Position numbers and translations under genes: made by a program
Part shown: positions 25,264 to 35,477 of the stretch, one piece after another
Numbering within the stretch: position 1 is the stretch's first letter
How the letters are laid out: each line of letters begins with the position of its first letter
Assembly: GCA_020051675.1 (NCBI GenBank)
Contig: JAGVQN010000103.1
Span: forward strand, 1-42,693
DNA from: Candidatus Brocadiia bacterium
Lineage (GTDB): Bacteria > Planctomycetota > MHYJ01 > JACQXL01 > JACQZI01
DNA length: 42,693 bases
Reading direction: 5' to 3'
The notes under the pieces: model-generated
What the model was told of the DNA's origin: nothing
Seen by the model: only the letters and a program-made list of their open reading frames with translations
Databases searched by the model: none

Positions 25264-26799
25264 TCAGCATAATAAACTCTCCCCATCCATTTCCTTTGGC
25301 TTGGGGATGTTTAATAATTCCAATATGGTCGGCGCGACATCGCATAATTTCCCGCCGCTCCTGAGCTTGCGTCCTTTGTAATCATCAGCGACCAGCGTAA
25401 ACGGAACCGGATTTGTCGTGTGATATGTATGCGCTCCCCCTTTATGTTCCACATCAATCATCTCCTCGGCATTGCCGTGGTCTGCGGTTATCATGGCTAT
25501 CCCCCCGACCGCTTTGACCGCCTCCACAATCTTACCTACGCATTCATCCACAATCTCGGCTGCCTTTATCGCTGCTTCCAGAACTCCGGTATGTCCGACC
25601 ATATCACAATTGGCAAAATTAAGAACGATTACGTTATACTTTTTTGAACTAATCGCTTCTAATACCTTGCTGGTCACTTCAGGCGCGCTCATTTCCGGCT
25701 GTAAGTCATAGGTCGGGACCTTGGGAGAAGGTACCAGCATTCGGTCTTCGCCCTTAAACGGGGCTTCCTCGCCTCCGTTAAAGAAGTAGGTGACGTGGGC
25801 GTATTTCTCCGTCTCAGCTATGCGCAGTTCCGTAAGATTATTCTGCGAGAGTATTTCACCGAATATGTTTTTAAGATGCACCGGCTTAAAGGCGATAGGG
25901 AGGGTAAAGTTCTCGTCATACATTGTCATGATGGTGTAGAAAACCTTAGGAAATACCTTACGCTTGAAATCAGTAAATCCTGATTCTGTAAGCGTTCTGG
26001 TAATCTCGCGCGCCCGGTCGGCCCGGAAGTTGAAGAATATAACAGAATCATTATCCCTGATTCGGCTCGTATTCTTTAGAATAATGGGTTTAATAAATTC
26101 GTCGGTTTCCCCACGCGCATAGGCGTTTTTCATCGCAATAATCGGGTCGTCTTCAAGCACCCCTTCTCCGCTTGTCAAGGCGTCATACGCTATCTGCACC
26201 CGTTCCCAGCGTTTGTCTCGGTCCATCAAATAATACCTGCCTGAAATAGTGGCAATTTTGCCGATGCCGATTTCTTTCATCTTGGCAACAATCTTTTCTA
26301 TATAGCCGATGCCGCTGGTCGGGGGCGTGTCGCGTCCGTCCATTGCCGCGTGGAAGAATACTTTATCTTTGGGAAGGCCCATCTTTTTCGCCATTTCCAA
26401 TAACGCGAAATAATGGCGGTCCGAGCTGTGGACTCCTCCGTCAGAGACCAGGCCCATAAGGTGCAGACTAGAATTATTGTTTTTAGCATAAGTCATGGCG
26501 GCAACCAGTTCGGGGTTTGTGAAAAACGTTCCATCCTCTATGGCTTTATCTATGCGGGTGATTTCCTGCCAGACGATTCTTCCTGCGCCGAGATTCAAGT
26601 GCCCAACCTCGGAATTGCCCATTAGGCCTCTCGGTAACCCGACATCAAACCCCGATGCGGAAAGCTCGGTATAAGGATAGGTTTTTTCTAAGAGAGGAAT
26701 ATTCTTAAGCTTGGCTAATTTGATGGCGTTTCCCTCAGTCTTGGGATTAACTCCCCATCCGTCCATGATTAATAAGAAGACAAGTCTGTTTGAACTCAT
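25264..26799 (-). CDS. gpmI: 2,3-bisphosphoglycerate-independent phosphoglycerate mutase
   Basis: LLIMDGWG, GNSEVGHLNLGAGR and ITADHGNAE. Confidence 0.9.
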   Translation of the reverse strand: MSSNRLVFLLIMDGWGVNPKTEGNAIKLAKLKNIPLLEKTYPYTELSASGFDVGLPRGLMGNSEVGHLNLGAGRIVWQEITRIDKAIEDGTFFTNPELVAAMTYAKNNNSSLHLMGLVSDGGVHSSDRHYFALLEMAKKMGLPKDKVFFHAAMDGRDTPPTSGIGYIEKIVAKMKEIGIGKIATISGRYYLMDRDKRWERVQIAYDALTSGEGVLEDDPIIAMKNAYARGETDEFIKPIILKNTSRIRDNDSVIFFNFRADRAREITRTLTESGFTDFKRKVFPKVFYTIMTMYDENFTLPIAFKPVHLKNIFGEILSQNNLTELRIAETEKYAHVTYFFNGGEEAPFKGEDRMLVPSPKVPTYDLQPEMSAPEVTSKVLEAISSKKYNVIVLNFANCDMVGHTGVLEAAIKAAEIVDECVGKIVEAVKAVGGIAMITADHGNAEEMIDVEHKGGAHTYHTTNPVPFTLVADDYKGRKLRSGGKLCDVAPTILELLNIPKPKEMDGESLLC

Positions 26800-26834
26800 A
26801 ATTTTAATATAACATTAAAGCGGGAGAATAGCAA

Positions 26835-28499
26835 TTATTTCTCGGGTAGTTCGGAAGGGGCGAAAGGCAAATCCTGCTGTTGGCCGGGCATCAGGTACCA
26901 CTGGTTTTCCTGGTAAACCCACTGCAGGGCTTGGAGCTTGGTATCCTGCTTACTATCTCTTTTGAAGTGATAGATTACCATTACCTCGGCGATGGGCTCG
27001 GAAGCGGTTAAATGCATTTTCAGCTCGTCTTTGCTCAAGGTGTATTTTTCTATTTCAATCTGGTGCGATTTAAAGTATTCCACGGCTCTTTTAAGAAATC
27101 CCTCCAGCTTTTTAAGAGCTATCCGATTGAATTTAGCGCTGTTGAAATAGGAAAGCATTGCCCGGTCGTTGCCGTTCTTAAACGCATCGCAAAACCCGGT
27201 GCATCGGTTAAGCACGGCCGCTTCCATCTGCTTTTGCATTTTGTATTTTTCGTGTTCTTTATTCAGCCGATTGATTTCATCTTTTATTTTCGGGGCTAGC
27301 GGGTCATGAGGATAGGCTTTTAGGATAGCCTCAAAAGCAGCGATATTTTCTTTGTATTTAGTCGGGTTTTGGTCGCGTAAATCTCTCGCCTCTTTAAGCA
27401 TATCGTTAAACGGTTTCTTGGCGATGACGGGCGGCTCTTTTGTTGGTTCTTTCTGGGTTGTATCAGGCGGTTTCGCATCCTGCTTTTGGTCGCGGTTCTT
27501 GCCGGCTTTTGATATAATTATAAGCGCTAACAACGCCAAAATAACGATTCCGGCAATCTTTACTCCCTTTTTCCATTTAGGCGCGGCTGTTTTAATGGTC
27601 GGCATGGGAGTATAAGTAACCGTCTTGGCGGTTGAACTCATCGCCGAAGGAGTTTCTATGATAAAATTGTCCAGATCGTTTATCAGATCCTGGGCTGATT
27701 GGTAGCGTGATTTCTGCTCCTTCGCCATCATTTTAAGGAGTATTCTTACCAGGCTTTTCGGGATATCCGGGGCGAAAAGGGTCGGGTCAGGCGGCTCGTC
27801 ATTCAGGTGTTTCATGATTACGGTTACCGGCGTGGCGCCGTCAAAGGGGCGTTTCCCGGTCAGGGCGTAGTAAAAAGTTATTCCGAGCGCGTAGATATCC
27901 GCCCGGTGGTCAATCGGTTCGCCTTTTGCCTGTTCGGGCGCCATGTAATGGGGCGTTCCCATGATGTCGCCGGCAGAGGAAATACTGCTGGATGAATCCC
28001 CGATTCTTGCCAGCCCGAAATCCATAAGTTTTATTTCCTTATGAGAGGAAACCATGATGTTTTCTGCCTTGATATCGCGGTGGATTACACCGGAGGAATG
28101 GGCCGCGCCAAGAGCACTGGCGGCTGATTTGATAATCCGGACTGCTTCGGGAATAGGGAGTCTTCCTTGTTTTTTTACCATCATATCCAGGTTGTCACCG
28201 TCGATATATTGCATGATAATAAAATAAAATCCGCCCGTTTTATCTTTTTGGATATCAAAAATCTGGATGATATTCGGATGGTCAAGCTTAGCTGTGGACC
28301 GCGCTTCGCGTATGAAACGTTTTACCCGGTCATCCTCTTTAGAGAAAGAAACCGGCAGTATTTTGACCGCCACGTTTTTATCGAGCCGTTTGTGGTGCGC
28401 AAGATAGACTGCGCCCATGCCGCCTTCGCCGAGCTTTTTCATAAGCTCGCAGGAGCCTAAATCCCTGCCGATAAATGAATCCTTGAGTTCTTCTGCCAT
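26835..28499 (-). CDS. Hanks-type Ser/Thr protein kinase with a TM and a C-terminal extracytoplasmic domain
   Basis: GEGGMGAVY, HRDIKAENIM, DFGLAR, GTPHYMAPE, and TM IAGIVILALLALIII. Confidence 0.9.
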   Translation of the reverse strand: MAEELKDSFIGRDLGSCELMKKLGEGGMGAVYLAHHKRLDKNVAVKILPVSFSKEDDRVKRFIREARSTAKLDHPNIIQIFDIQKDKTGGFYFIIMQYIDGDNLDMMVKKQGRLPIPEAVRIIKSAASALGAAHSSGVIHRDIKAENIMVSSHKEIKLMDFGLARIGDSSSSISSAGDIMGTPHYMAPEQAKGEPIDHRADIYALGITFYYALTGKRPFDGATPVTVIMKHLNDEPPDPTLFAPDIPKSLVRILLKMMAKEQKSRYQSAQDLINDLDNFIIETPSAMSSTAKTVTYTPMPTIKTAAPKWKKGVKIAGIVILALLALIIISKAGKNRDQKQDAKPPDTTQKEPTKEPPVIAKKPFNDMLKEARDLRDQNPTKYKENIAAFEAILKAYPHDPLAPKIKDEINRLNKEHEKYKMQKQMEAAVLNRCTGFCDAFKNGNDRAMLSYFNSAKFNRIALKKLEGFLKRAVEYFKSHQIEIEKYTLSKDELKMHLTASEPIAEVMVIYHFKRDSKQDTKLQALQWVYQENQWYLMPGQQQDLPFAPSELPEK

Positions 28500-28576
28500 A
28501 AGACACCTCGGCGGTCAGTCCCGCAAAGCGGGGCATACCGTAAGTAACACCATAGTAGCGATATAGTTGCGTAAGC

Positions 28577-29056
28577 TCAAGTTTTATTAGCCCTTTTTAT
28601 GGCGACCAGGGCAAGCGAGGCAATCGCCTTTTTCCCGCCGATAGGACCCAGTCCCTCCATAGTTTTTGCCTTGATATTTACTTTGGTTTTGCTGAGTTTT
28701 AAAAGGCGCGCGACAGATTCCCGTATCTTCTGTTTAATAGTCCCGAGTTTCGGCGCCTCGGCAAATATGATAGTATCAATCGAGTTGACTTTTATCTTTT
28801 GCTTGGAAAGCATCGCCAAAATCTCCCTGATAAAAACTGCGCTGTCGATTCCCTTGAATTTCGGGTCGGTATCCGGGAATAAATCTCCGATATCTCCCAT
28901 TCCGCATGCCCCCAAAATCCCATCGCATATCGCGTGCAAAAGAGCATCGCCGTCCGAATGCCCGAGTAATCCGAGCGGGTATTTAATCTTTACCCCGCCT
29001 AATATCAAAGGTCGCCCTTTAACCAAGCGGTGAATGTCAAAACCTAAGCCAATCAT
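28577..29056 (-). CDS. ispF: 2-C-methyl-D-erythritol 2,4-cyclodiphosphate synthase
   Basis: GFDIHRL and GHSDGDALLHAICDG. Confidence 0.9.
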   Translation of the reverse strand: MIGLGFDIHRLVKGRPLILGGVKIKYPLGLLGHSDGDALLHAICDGILGACGMGDIGDLFPDTDPKFKGIDSAVFIREILAMLSKQKIKVNSIDTIIFAEAPKLGTIKQKIRESVARLLKLSKTKVNIKAKTMEGLGPIGGKKAIASLALVAIKRANKT

Positions 29057-29085
29057 AGTGATGCAGCTCCTTATTAATCCAAGTT

Positions 29086-30060
29086 TTATTTAGATTCAAG
29101 CAACTCTAAAATCCTTTGGAAATCCTCATTTGTAAAGAAGTGTATTCCTATGTAACCTTTTGATTTATAAGCGCTTATGGTTATCTTAGTGCCGAACTTA
29201 CGCCGCAGCCTTTCCTCCAGCTCTTTTAAATATAGATTCTGTGAAACAGGCTGGGCGGTTTGCGTTTGCTTTCGGTTAAGATAACTGATATTATACTCAA
29301 GTTTCCGGACAGACATCCCTTCCTTCTTTATTCTTTGGGCGAGCTTTAATTGGGTCGGCTTATCAGCGACTCCGAGCAACGCCCTGGCATGCCCCATCGT
29401 GATAGTTCCACGTGAAACCTCGTCCTGGATCTCTTTCGGTAGTTCCAGAAGTCGTATGAAATTAGTTACGGTAGAACGGTCCAAGCCAATCCGTTTGCCA
29501 ACCTCTTCATGGGTCAGTTTAAAGACATCCGCAAAGCTTTTATACGCCCTGCCTTTTTCAATCGGGTTTAAGTCTTTCCTTTGGGTATTTTCAATAATCG
29601 CCCACTCCAGCATAGTCCGGTCATCAGCCTGCTTTATTAGGGCAGGGATTTTATCCAGCTTTAGAATCTGGCATGCCCTCCAGCGCCGCTCCCCGGCTAT
29701 CAATTCATACTTACTGCCAACGGCCCTGACCAACAAAGGCTGGATTACCCCGCTTGCCTTGATAGACTCGGCAAGTTCGTTTAATGCCTGTGGGTCGAAT
29801 TCCTTTCTGGGCTGGAATCTATTGGGGATAATATCAGTTATGCTTAATGTATCTACCCCCCTGTCAGCCTTGGCAGATAACGCCTTTTCAGGCACTACTG
29901 TATTGTTTATCTCCGGTTTAGGCTCTAATTTAATGCTGATAGGCCTAAGTATGGGGGGTGCAGTGGTATTATTCAGGAATGGTATCATCTCCGGTTTGGC
30001 AGATATCTTGGGCTGGTTAGATATGATGTCACCTAACCCCCTGCCAAGTTTCTTTACCAT
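29086..30060 (-). CDS. parB: ParB/Spo0J chromosome partitioning protein
   Basis: NRFQPRKEF and LIAGERRWRA, plus an HTH. It lies directly downstream of parA. Confidence 0.9.
   Translation of the reverse strand: MVKKLGRGLGDIISNQPKISAKPEMIPFLNNTTAPPILRPISIKLEPKPEINNTVVPEKALSAKADRGVDTLSITDIIPNRFQPRKEFDPQALNELAESIKASGVIQPLLVRAVGSKYELIAGERRWRACQILKLDKIPALIKQADDRTMLEWAIIENTQRKDLNPIEKGRAYKSFADVFKLTHEEVGKRIGLDRSTVTNFIRLLELPKEIQDEVSRGTITMGHARALLGVADKPTQLKLAQRIKKEGMSVRKLEYNISYLNRKQTQTAQPVSQNLYLKELEERLRRKFGTKITISAYKSKGYIGIHFFTNEDFQRILELLESK
29404..29419. promoter_or_regulatory. parS-like site inside parB
   Basis: AGTTCCACGTGAAACC versus the consensus TGTTNCACGTGAAACA, matching 14 of 16 positions. Confidence 0.4.
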
Positions 30061-30082
30061 TAGCCTAATCTCCTATATAGGC

Positions 30083-30838
30083 CTAATTCCGGCCTAAAAT
30101 CTCTCTGGATAATTCTACATAGCCGAATGTTCCACATGAAACAGGGTTATAAACTATCCCTGGTTGCCCAAAACTGGCTGATTCGGCTATAGTTACATCA
30201 CGTCTTATCTTGGTTTTAAAGGTAAGGTCCGGAAAGTGCTTGCTTACCTCGCCGGCAACCTCCCTTGAAAATTCGATATCCGGTTCATACATAGTCAGTA
30301 TAATCCCGTTAACCTTTAATTCCGGATTATATTTATTACGGACATCGTCAATGATGGAAATCATTTGTGATAGTCCCTCCATCGCGAAATACTCGCATTG
30401 GATAGGAATCAAAACTTCATGGGCGGCAATCAGCGCGTTAAGCGAGAACGTCCCGAAAGAAGGGGGGCAATCGACAATCGCATAGTCGTAAATTTTATTG
30501 ACCTCTTTCAGGATATTTTTAAGTTTAAGCGGTCCTATCTGGCGCAAGAGTCCTTGCTGTTCCAGGTCGTTTAAAAGCGGGCTGGAAACCAGGATATCAA
30601 GCCCGAGGTAAGGCGAACTGGTGATTGCTTTGCTGATTTGGTTAGCGCCGGTAATAACGGCATAAACTCCGCTGGTATGATCCGTTTTGGAACCAATTCC
30701 GCTGGTCGCGTTTGCCTGCGGATCCATATCAACCAGGAGGCACGGTTTTTCTGCCAGGCTCAGGCAATACGCCAGGTTAATCGCGGTGGTGGTTTTCCCC
30801 ACGCCGCCTTTCTGGTTTGCCACGGCAATGATTTTCAT
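30083..30838 (-). CDS. parA: ParA/Soj partitioning ATPase
   Basis: MKIIAVANQKGGVGKTTT deviant Walker A. The ORF opens at 30847, but MKII at 30838 is the typical start. Confidence 0.9.
   Translation of the reverse strand: MKIIAVANQKGGVGKTTTAINLAYCLSLAEKPCLLVDMDPQANATSGIGSKTDHTSGVYAVITGANQISKAITSSPYLGLDILVSSPLLNDLEQQGLLRQIGPLKLKNILKEVNKIYDYAIVDCPPSFGTFSLNALIAAHEVLIPIQCEYFAMEGLSQMISIIDDVRNKYNPELKVNGIILTMYEPDIEFSREVAGEVSKHFPDLTFKTKIRRDVTIAESASFGQPGIVYNPVSCGTFGYVELSREILGRN
30128..30143. promoter_or_regulatory. parS-like site in the 3' end of parA
   Basis: TGTTCCACATGAAACA versus the consensus TGTTNCACGTGAAACA, matching 15 of 16 positions. Confidence 0.5.
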
Positions 30839-30887
30839 ACAAGGCATACTTTACCATAATGGGTTGTTGCTTTGCAATATTTTTCTC

Positions 30888-30915
30888 TTGACTTTTTAGG
30901 CTTATTTGTTATGAT
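30888..30915 (+). promoter_or_regulatory. sigma70-type promoter TTGACT-16-TATGAT for clpC, giving a ~105-nt leader
   Basis: The sequence is ttgactttttaggcttatttgttatgat. The leader contains the inverted repeat tatacgg-gaaaa-ccgtata at 30992-31010, next to the RBS. Confidence 0.5.
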
Positions 30916-31025
30916 AACAGCCGTTTAAATTAAGTTATCCGGCAGGCGCCGCGCTCGTATGTGTAACTCGTTGATTTTAATGTAGTTATGTATACGGGAA
31001 AACCGTATAAAGAGGAGCGATAAAT

Positions 31026-33620
31026 ATGTTTGATAAATTCACCGACCGTGCGCGTAAAGTAATGAGCCTGGCACGCAACGAGGCGCAAAAGCTCGGGCAT
31101 GATTCAATCGGCACGGAACACATTCTTCTTGCGCTCGTCCGCGAAGGAAGCGGGGTCGCCGCGCGCGCGCTACTCAGTATGGAAATAGACCTGAAGAAAA
31201 TCATTCAGGAAATAGAAAAGAAAATTCCGACCGAGCCGAAACCGGCCACGGCCGGTTCTTTGCCTTTTACTCCGCGCGCCAAACGCGCTTTGGAATTCGC
31301 CCACGAAGAAGCCGCTAATCTCGGGCATGATTATATCGGGACCGAACATTTATTGCTCGGGTTGTTAAAAGAGCAGGAAGGGCTGGCGGCCAGGACGTTA
31401 ATAAGCATGGGCGTAAAACTTGAAGATATCCGCGCAGAGATACTTGATATTCTTGGCGCAGGCATGCCTCCGATGGATTCCGCGGAAGAAGCGGCTGAAG
31501 AGCCGGAGTCTGCCGGTACCGGCGCAAAGACTATGCCCCGCCCTTCCGGAAAGTCAAAGACCCCGGCGTTGGATGCCTTCGGGCGCGACCTCACCGAGCT
31601 TGCCAAGCAGAACGAGCTTGACCCGGTTATCGGGCGCCGCAGGGAAATCGAGCGCGTTATCCAGGTATTATGCCGCCGGACAAAGAATAACCCGGCGCTT
31701 TTAGGAGAGGCGGGCGTCGGCAAAACCGCCATCGTCGAAGGACTGGCGCAGGATATCATTGCCTTGCGCGTGCCGGAAATTCTTAAGGATAAACGGATTA
31801 TTATTTTGGATCTTGCCATGATGGTTGCCGGAACCAAATACCGCGGCCAATTTGAGGAACGCATCAAGGCCGTGATGAATGAAGTCAGGAAGAACAGGCA
31901 CATTATTCTTTTTATCGATGAGCTGCATACTCTGGTCGGCGCGGGCGGCGCGGAAGGCGCGATAGATGCCTCCAACGTCTTAAAGCCGGCTTTATCCCGC
32001 GGGGAAATCCAATGTATCGGCGCGACCACCCTGGATGAATACCGTAAATATATCGAAAAAGACGGCGCCTTGGAAAGGCGCTTCCAGACTATCATGGTCG
32101 ACCCTCCCTCCAAGGATGAAGCCCTGGAAATCCTTAAAGGATTGAGCGATAAATACGAGGCGCACCATAAAGTAAAATATACCCCAGGCGCTTTGGCAGC
32201 CTGCGTGGAACTTGCTGTGCGCTATATCAGCGGCCGGTATCTGCCGGATAAGGCGATTGACGTCATGGATGAATCCGGCGCCCGGATACGCCTGCAATCG
32301 CTTGTCAAGCCGCCTGATTTAAAGGAAATGGAAGCGGAATTATTAAAGGTGGAAAAAGATAAAGAGGCGGCCGTGCGCGCCCAGGACTTTGAAAAGGCCG
32401 CCCAAATACGCGACAAGCTTTCACGCCTGCGCGGCAAGAAGGAAAGCGTCCTTAAGGAATGGCAGGCGCAGCACCAGGAAGCCGAAGGCGTGGTGGATGA
32501 AAACGTCATTGCCGAAACCGTTTCCCGCATGACCGGCATCCCGCTTTCCCGCATGGAAAAGACCGAGACGGAAAAGCTCCTTAAGATGGAAGATGAATTG
32601 CATAAGATGGTCGTCTCGCAGGAAGAGGCGATTCACGCCATTTCCAAGGCGATACGCCGTTCACGCGCCGGATTAAAGGACCCCAAACGCCCGATCGGCA
32701 CGTTTATCTTTGTCGGCCCGACCGGCTGCGGAAAGACGTTATTGGCGCGCGCGGTTTCAAAAGTGATGTTCGGCGATGAAGACGCCCTAATACAAATAGA
32801 TATGTCCGAATATATGGAAAAGCACAATGTCTCCCGCCTGGTCGGCGCGCCTCCCGGATACGTCGGCTATGAAGAAGGCGGCCAGCTGACCGAGAAAATA
32901 AGGCATCGCCCTTACTCGGTTGTCCTGCTGGATGAAATAGAAAAGGCCCATACCGATGTCTTTAATATGCTCCTCCAGATAATGGAAGAAGGCCGGCTGA
33001 CGGATAGTTTCGGCAGGCACATTGATTTCAAGAACGTTATCTTGATTATGACCTCCAATATCGGGGCGGATGTCATCAAGAACCAGGCGTCTTTAGGCTT
33101 TAAAAAGGTTACGGCGGATTCTTCTTACGATTCCATGAAAGAAATGCTGCTTAAAGAAGTCAATCATTTCTTCCGTCCGGAATTTCTGAACCGCCTGGAC
33201 GATGTCATTGTTTTCCGCGCCCTAACCAAGGAAGACCTGAAGAGCGTGATTGAAATAGAAATGATGGGCGTTAAAAAGCGCCTGAAAGACCGTGGGCTGG
33301 AAGTTATCATGGAAGAACCGGCGCGGGATTTTATCATCGATAAAGGTTATAGCCCTGATTTCGGCGCGCGGCCATTGAAACGGACTATTGAACGGTTCGT
33401 CGAAGACCCCTTGTCCGAACAGCTCCTGAAAGGCGAGTTCAAGGACTTTAACCAGGTTAAAATAACTATGAAAGACGACCACCTTTACTTCGATGCCTGC
33501 CGGGTCGAAACTGAACCATTGGCGTGCAAGACCGTGGCCGAAGGAGAAAAGGCTGAAGAACCTTTAGCCGACCCGCTTCGCTCTCGCGAAGGCGAGGCGA
33601 GAGACAAGGAGATAAAATAA
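31026..33620 (+). CDS. clpC: ATP-dependent Clp protease ATP-binding subunit ClpC
   Basis: Double Clp_N repeat (GTEHILLAL / GTEHLLLGL), Walker A GEAGVGKT and GPTGCGKT, and a UVR-like FEKAAQIRD. Confidence 0.9.
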   Translation: MFDKFTDRARKVMSLARNEAQKLGHDSIGTEHILLALVREGSGVAARALLSMEIDLKKIIQEIEKKIPTEPKPATAGSLPFTPRAKRALEFAHEEAANLGHDYIGTEHLLLGLLKEQEGLAARTLISMGVKLEDIRAEILDILGAGMPPMDSAEEAAEEPESAGTGAKTMPRPSGKSKTPALDAFGRDLTELAKQNELDPVIGRRREIERVIQVLCRRTKNNPALLGEAGVGKTAIVEGLAQDIIALRVPEILKDKRIIILDLAMMVAGTKYRGQFEERIKAVMNEVRKNRHIILFIDELHTLVGAGGAEGAIDASNVLKPALSRGEIQCIGATTLDEYRKYIEKDGALERRFQTIMVDPPSKDEALEILKGLSDKYEAHHKVKYTPGALAACVELAVRYISGRYLPDKAIDVMDESGARIRLQSLVKPPDLKEMEAELLKVEKDKEAAVRAQDFEKAAQIRDKLSRLRGKKESVLKEWQAQHQEAEGVVDENVIAETVSRMTGIPLSRMEKTETEKLLKMEDELHKMVVSQEEAIHAISKAIRRSRAGLKDPKRPIGTFIFVGPTGCGKTLLARAVSKVMFGDEDALIQIDMSEYMEKHNVSRLVGAPPGYVGYEEGGQLTEKIRHRPYSVVLLDEIEKAHTDVFNMLLQIMEEGRLTDSFGRHIDFKNVILIMTSNIGADVIKNQASLGFKKVTADSSYDSMKEMLLKEVNHFFRPEFLNRLDDVIVFRALTKEDLKSVIEIEMMGVKKRLKDRGLEVIMEEPARDFIIDKGYSPDFGARPLKRTIERFVEDPLSEQLLKGEFKDFNQVKITMKDDHLYFDACRVETEPLACKTVAEGEKAEEPLADPLRSREGEARDKEIK

Positions 33621-34411
33621 TGCTGAGTAACAATCCCGACAAGTCTGGACCCCAAGCGGGGCTTAAAGGAAAGGTTGCCATCGTTACCGGAGGCGGACGC
33701 GGAATCGGTCGCGAAATCGCCCTTGCCTTAGCCGCTCAGGGCGCTAATATCGTTCTCGTCGATGTGGATGAAAAGACACTTAAGGAGGCGGAGGCTGAGG
33801 TTTCCGCCAGAGGCGGATCCGCCTTAGGCGGAAAGGCCATGAGCATCAAGGCCGATGTTACGAGCTCCGCTGATATGGAAAAACTGGCTGACGAAGCCAT
33901 GGCCAAATTCGGGAGCATTGATATCCTTATCAATAATGCCGGCATCACCCGCGACAACCTGATTATGCGCATGAAGGAAGACGAATGGGATAAGGTCTTG
34001 ACCATAAACCTAAAGGGCACTTTCAACTGCACAAAAGCAGTTTCCAGATACATGATGAAGCAGAGAAGCGGCAGGATAGTCAATATCGCCTCGGTAATCG
34101 GGATTGCCGGCAATGTCGGGCAGGCGAACTATGCCGCCTCAAAGGGCGGAGTGATTGCCTTTACCAAATCCGCCGCGCGCGAATTCGCACCGCGGAATAT
34201 CAATGTCAATGCCGTAGCCCCGGGCTTTATCCAGACCGCCATGACCGATGTCCTGAAGGAAGACGTCAAGTCAAAGATGATGGAGCGAATCCCTCTGGCG
34301 CGTTTGGGAACGCCTAAGGACGTGGCAGATGCGGTCATGTTCCTGGTGAGCGACGCCTCAAGCTATATCACCGGCCAGACCATCGTCGTCGACGGCGGAA
34401 TGGTGATGTAA
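33620..34411 (+). CDS. fabG: 3-oxoacyl-ACP reductase (SDR)
   Basis: [13 protein letters not shown] and YAASKGG. The start overlaps the clpC stop (TAATG). Confidence 0.85.
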   Translation: MLSNNPDKSGPQAGLKGKVAIVTGGGRGIGREIALALAAQGANIVLVDVDEKTLKEAEAEVSARGGSALGGKAMSIKADVTSSADMEKLADEAMAKFGSIDILINNAGITRDNLIMRMKEDEWDKVLTINLKGTFNCTKAVSRYMMKQRSGRIVNIASVIGIAGNVGQANYAASKGGVIAFTKSAAREFAPRNINVNAVAPGFIQTAMTDVLKEDVKSKMMERIPLARLGTPKDVADAVMFLVSDASSYITGQTIVVDGGMVM

Positions 34412-34432
34412 ACTAGTCAGAGACATGGGTAT

Positions 34433-35107
34433 ATGGTTAATAAAGACAAGAATCAAGAGGCCAAGCCGTTTTTGATTAGCCCGCATGGCGGGTATCGGGA
34501 ATTAAAATCATATCAGATGTCGGAGATTATCTACGATGCCACCGTCGCCTTTTGCCGCCGCTTTATTGACCGTCGGTCAAGGACGAACGACCAGATGGTG
34601 CAGGCGGCGCGCAGCGGCAAGCAGAATATTGCCGAGGGAAGCATGGCTTCCGGCACATCCAAGAAAACCGAGCTGAAATTGGTAGGAGTAGCCAGAGCCA
34701 GCATGGAAGAGCTACTGCTTGATTACCAGGATTTCCTGCGCCAGCGTGGATTGGCTCTTTGGGAAAAGGAGCATCCGGAAAACCGGAAAATCCGCAAGCT
34801 TACCTACGAGCAAAATAGGACCTATACGACCTATAAGTCCTATATTGAGGAAAGCCCCCCTGAAACGGCCGCCAACGCCTTAATCTGCCTGATTCACCAA
34901 GCGAACTATCTTTTGGACCAGCAATTGCGGCAGCTTGAGAAACAGTTTCTGGAAGAAGGCGGCTTTACCGAAAGGCTTTATCAGGACTGTCTGTGCGTAA
35001 CACGCAGACAGGCCTGCCTGCAGCAGGCAGGCGCGCAACCGGGCAAGGAATACAAAGAAATAAAGCTCCACCCCGACGACGCATCGGGGCGTGGGCGGAT
35101 AAGCTGA
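34433..35107 (+). CDS. Four-helix-bundle protein (23S rRNA intervening-sequence protein family) with suffix domain; C-terminus altered by an inserted element
   Basis: The family is recognised from memory (YQMSEIIYDATVAF...QNIAEGS...ARASMEELLLDY...GGFTERLYQ). The last ~40 codons read through a 46-nt insert and are out of the ancestral frame. Confidence 0.6.
   Translation: MVNKDKNQEAKPFLISPHGGYRELKSYQMSEIIYDATVAFCRRFIDRRSRTNDQMVQAARSGKQNIAEGSMASGTSKKTELKLVGVARASMEELLLDYQDFLRQRGLALWEKEHPENRKIRKLTYEQNRTYTTYKSYIEESPPETAANALICLIHQANYLLDQQLRQLEKQFLEEGGFTERLYQDCLCVTRRQACLQQAGAQPGKEYKEIKLHPDDASGRGRIS
34986..35031 (+). repeat. 46-nt double-hairpin (REP/MITE-like) element inserted in the 3' end of the four-helix-bundle gene
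   Basis: Hairpins ctgtctgtgcg-taa-cacgcagacag and gcctgcctgc-a-gcaggcaggc. The element is absent from the homologous fragment at 35782-35868. Removing it restores ...ERLYQARNRARNTKK with a stop at 35061-35063. Confidence 0.7.
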
Positions 35108-35188
35108 GGAGTATTTTCATCTCCATAAAAAGGCGTCCCCGGAATAGTTCCGAATTCCGTGATAATACCGGAAACTAAGAAAAAAGCC

Positions 35189-35217
35189 TTGACAAAATTT
35201 ACATAACAAGATATAGT
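35189..35217 (+). promoter_or_regulatory. sigma70-type promoter TTGACA-17-TATAGT for the toxin-antitoxin pair
   Basis: The sequence ttgacaaaatttacataacaagatatagt lies 33 nt upstream of the ATG at 35250. Confidence 0.65.
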
Positions 35218-35249
35218 TATTAGTGTTAACAAATAATGGAGGAGAAGCT

Positions 35250-35477
35250 ATGACGGTTAAAACTCCCAATTTAACCATAAAACTTGAGCCCGGGTTGTAT
35301 CAAACATTGAATAGATTAGCTCACCGTGAAAAAATCTCTTTATCCTTGATAGCAAGGGATTTAATCAAAGAGGCTTTAGAAATCTATGAGGATGCATACT
35401 GGCAAAAAGAGGCTCAAAAAAGAGAGAGCACTTTCAGCCGTAAAAAAGCTTTATCTCATGATGAGATCTGGAAATAA
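35250..35477 (+). CDS. Type II antitoxin, ribbon-helix-helix (RelB/CopG-like)
   Basis: 75 aa, with GGAGGAG 6 nt upstream. The N-terminal LTIKLEPGLYQTLNRLA is a beta-strand-helix pattern. The stop overlaps the toxin start. The track ORF begins at a GTG at 35223. Confidence 0.7.
   Translation: MTVKTPNLTIKLEPGLYQTLNRLAHREKISLSLIARDLIKEALEIYEDAYWQKEAQKRESTFSRKKALSHDEIWK

Noticed and set aside
29399-30097. 232-aa plus-strand ORF opposite parB
   Set aside because: It is antisense to parB, which has diagnostic motifs, and it has no RBS or recognisable domain. The same reasoning applies to 16699-17220 (opposite pdxA) and 18319-18777 (opposite yebC).
28500-31025. Replication origin next to parAB
   Set aside because: I saw no cluster of TTATCCACA-type DnaA boxes and no AT-rich unwinding element. 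No dnaA or dnaN gene is present either.
31331-32113. 260-aa minus-strand ORF and other antisense ORFs within clpC
   Set aside because: They lie entirely inside the strongly supported ClpC reading frame. They have no motifs and show the typical antisense open frame of a GC-richer gene.
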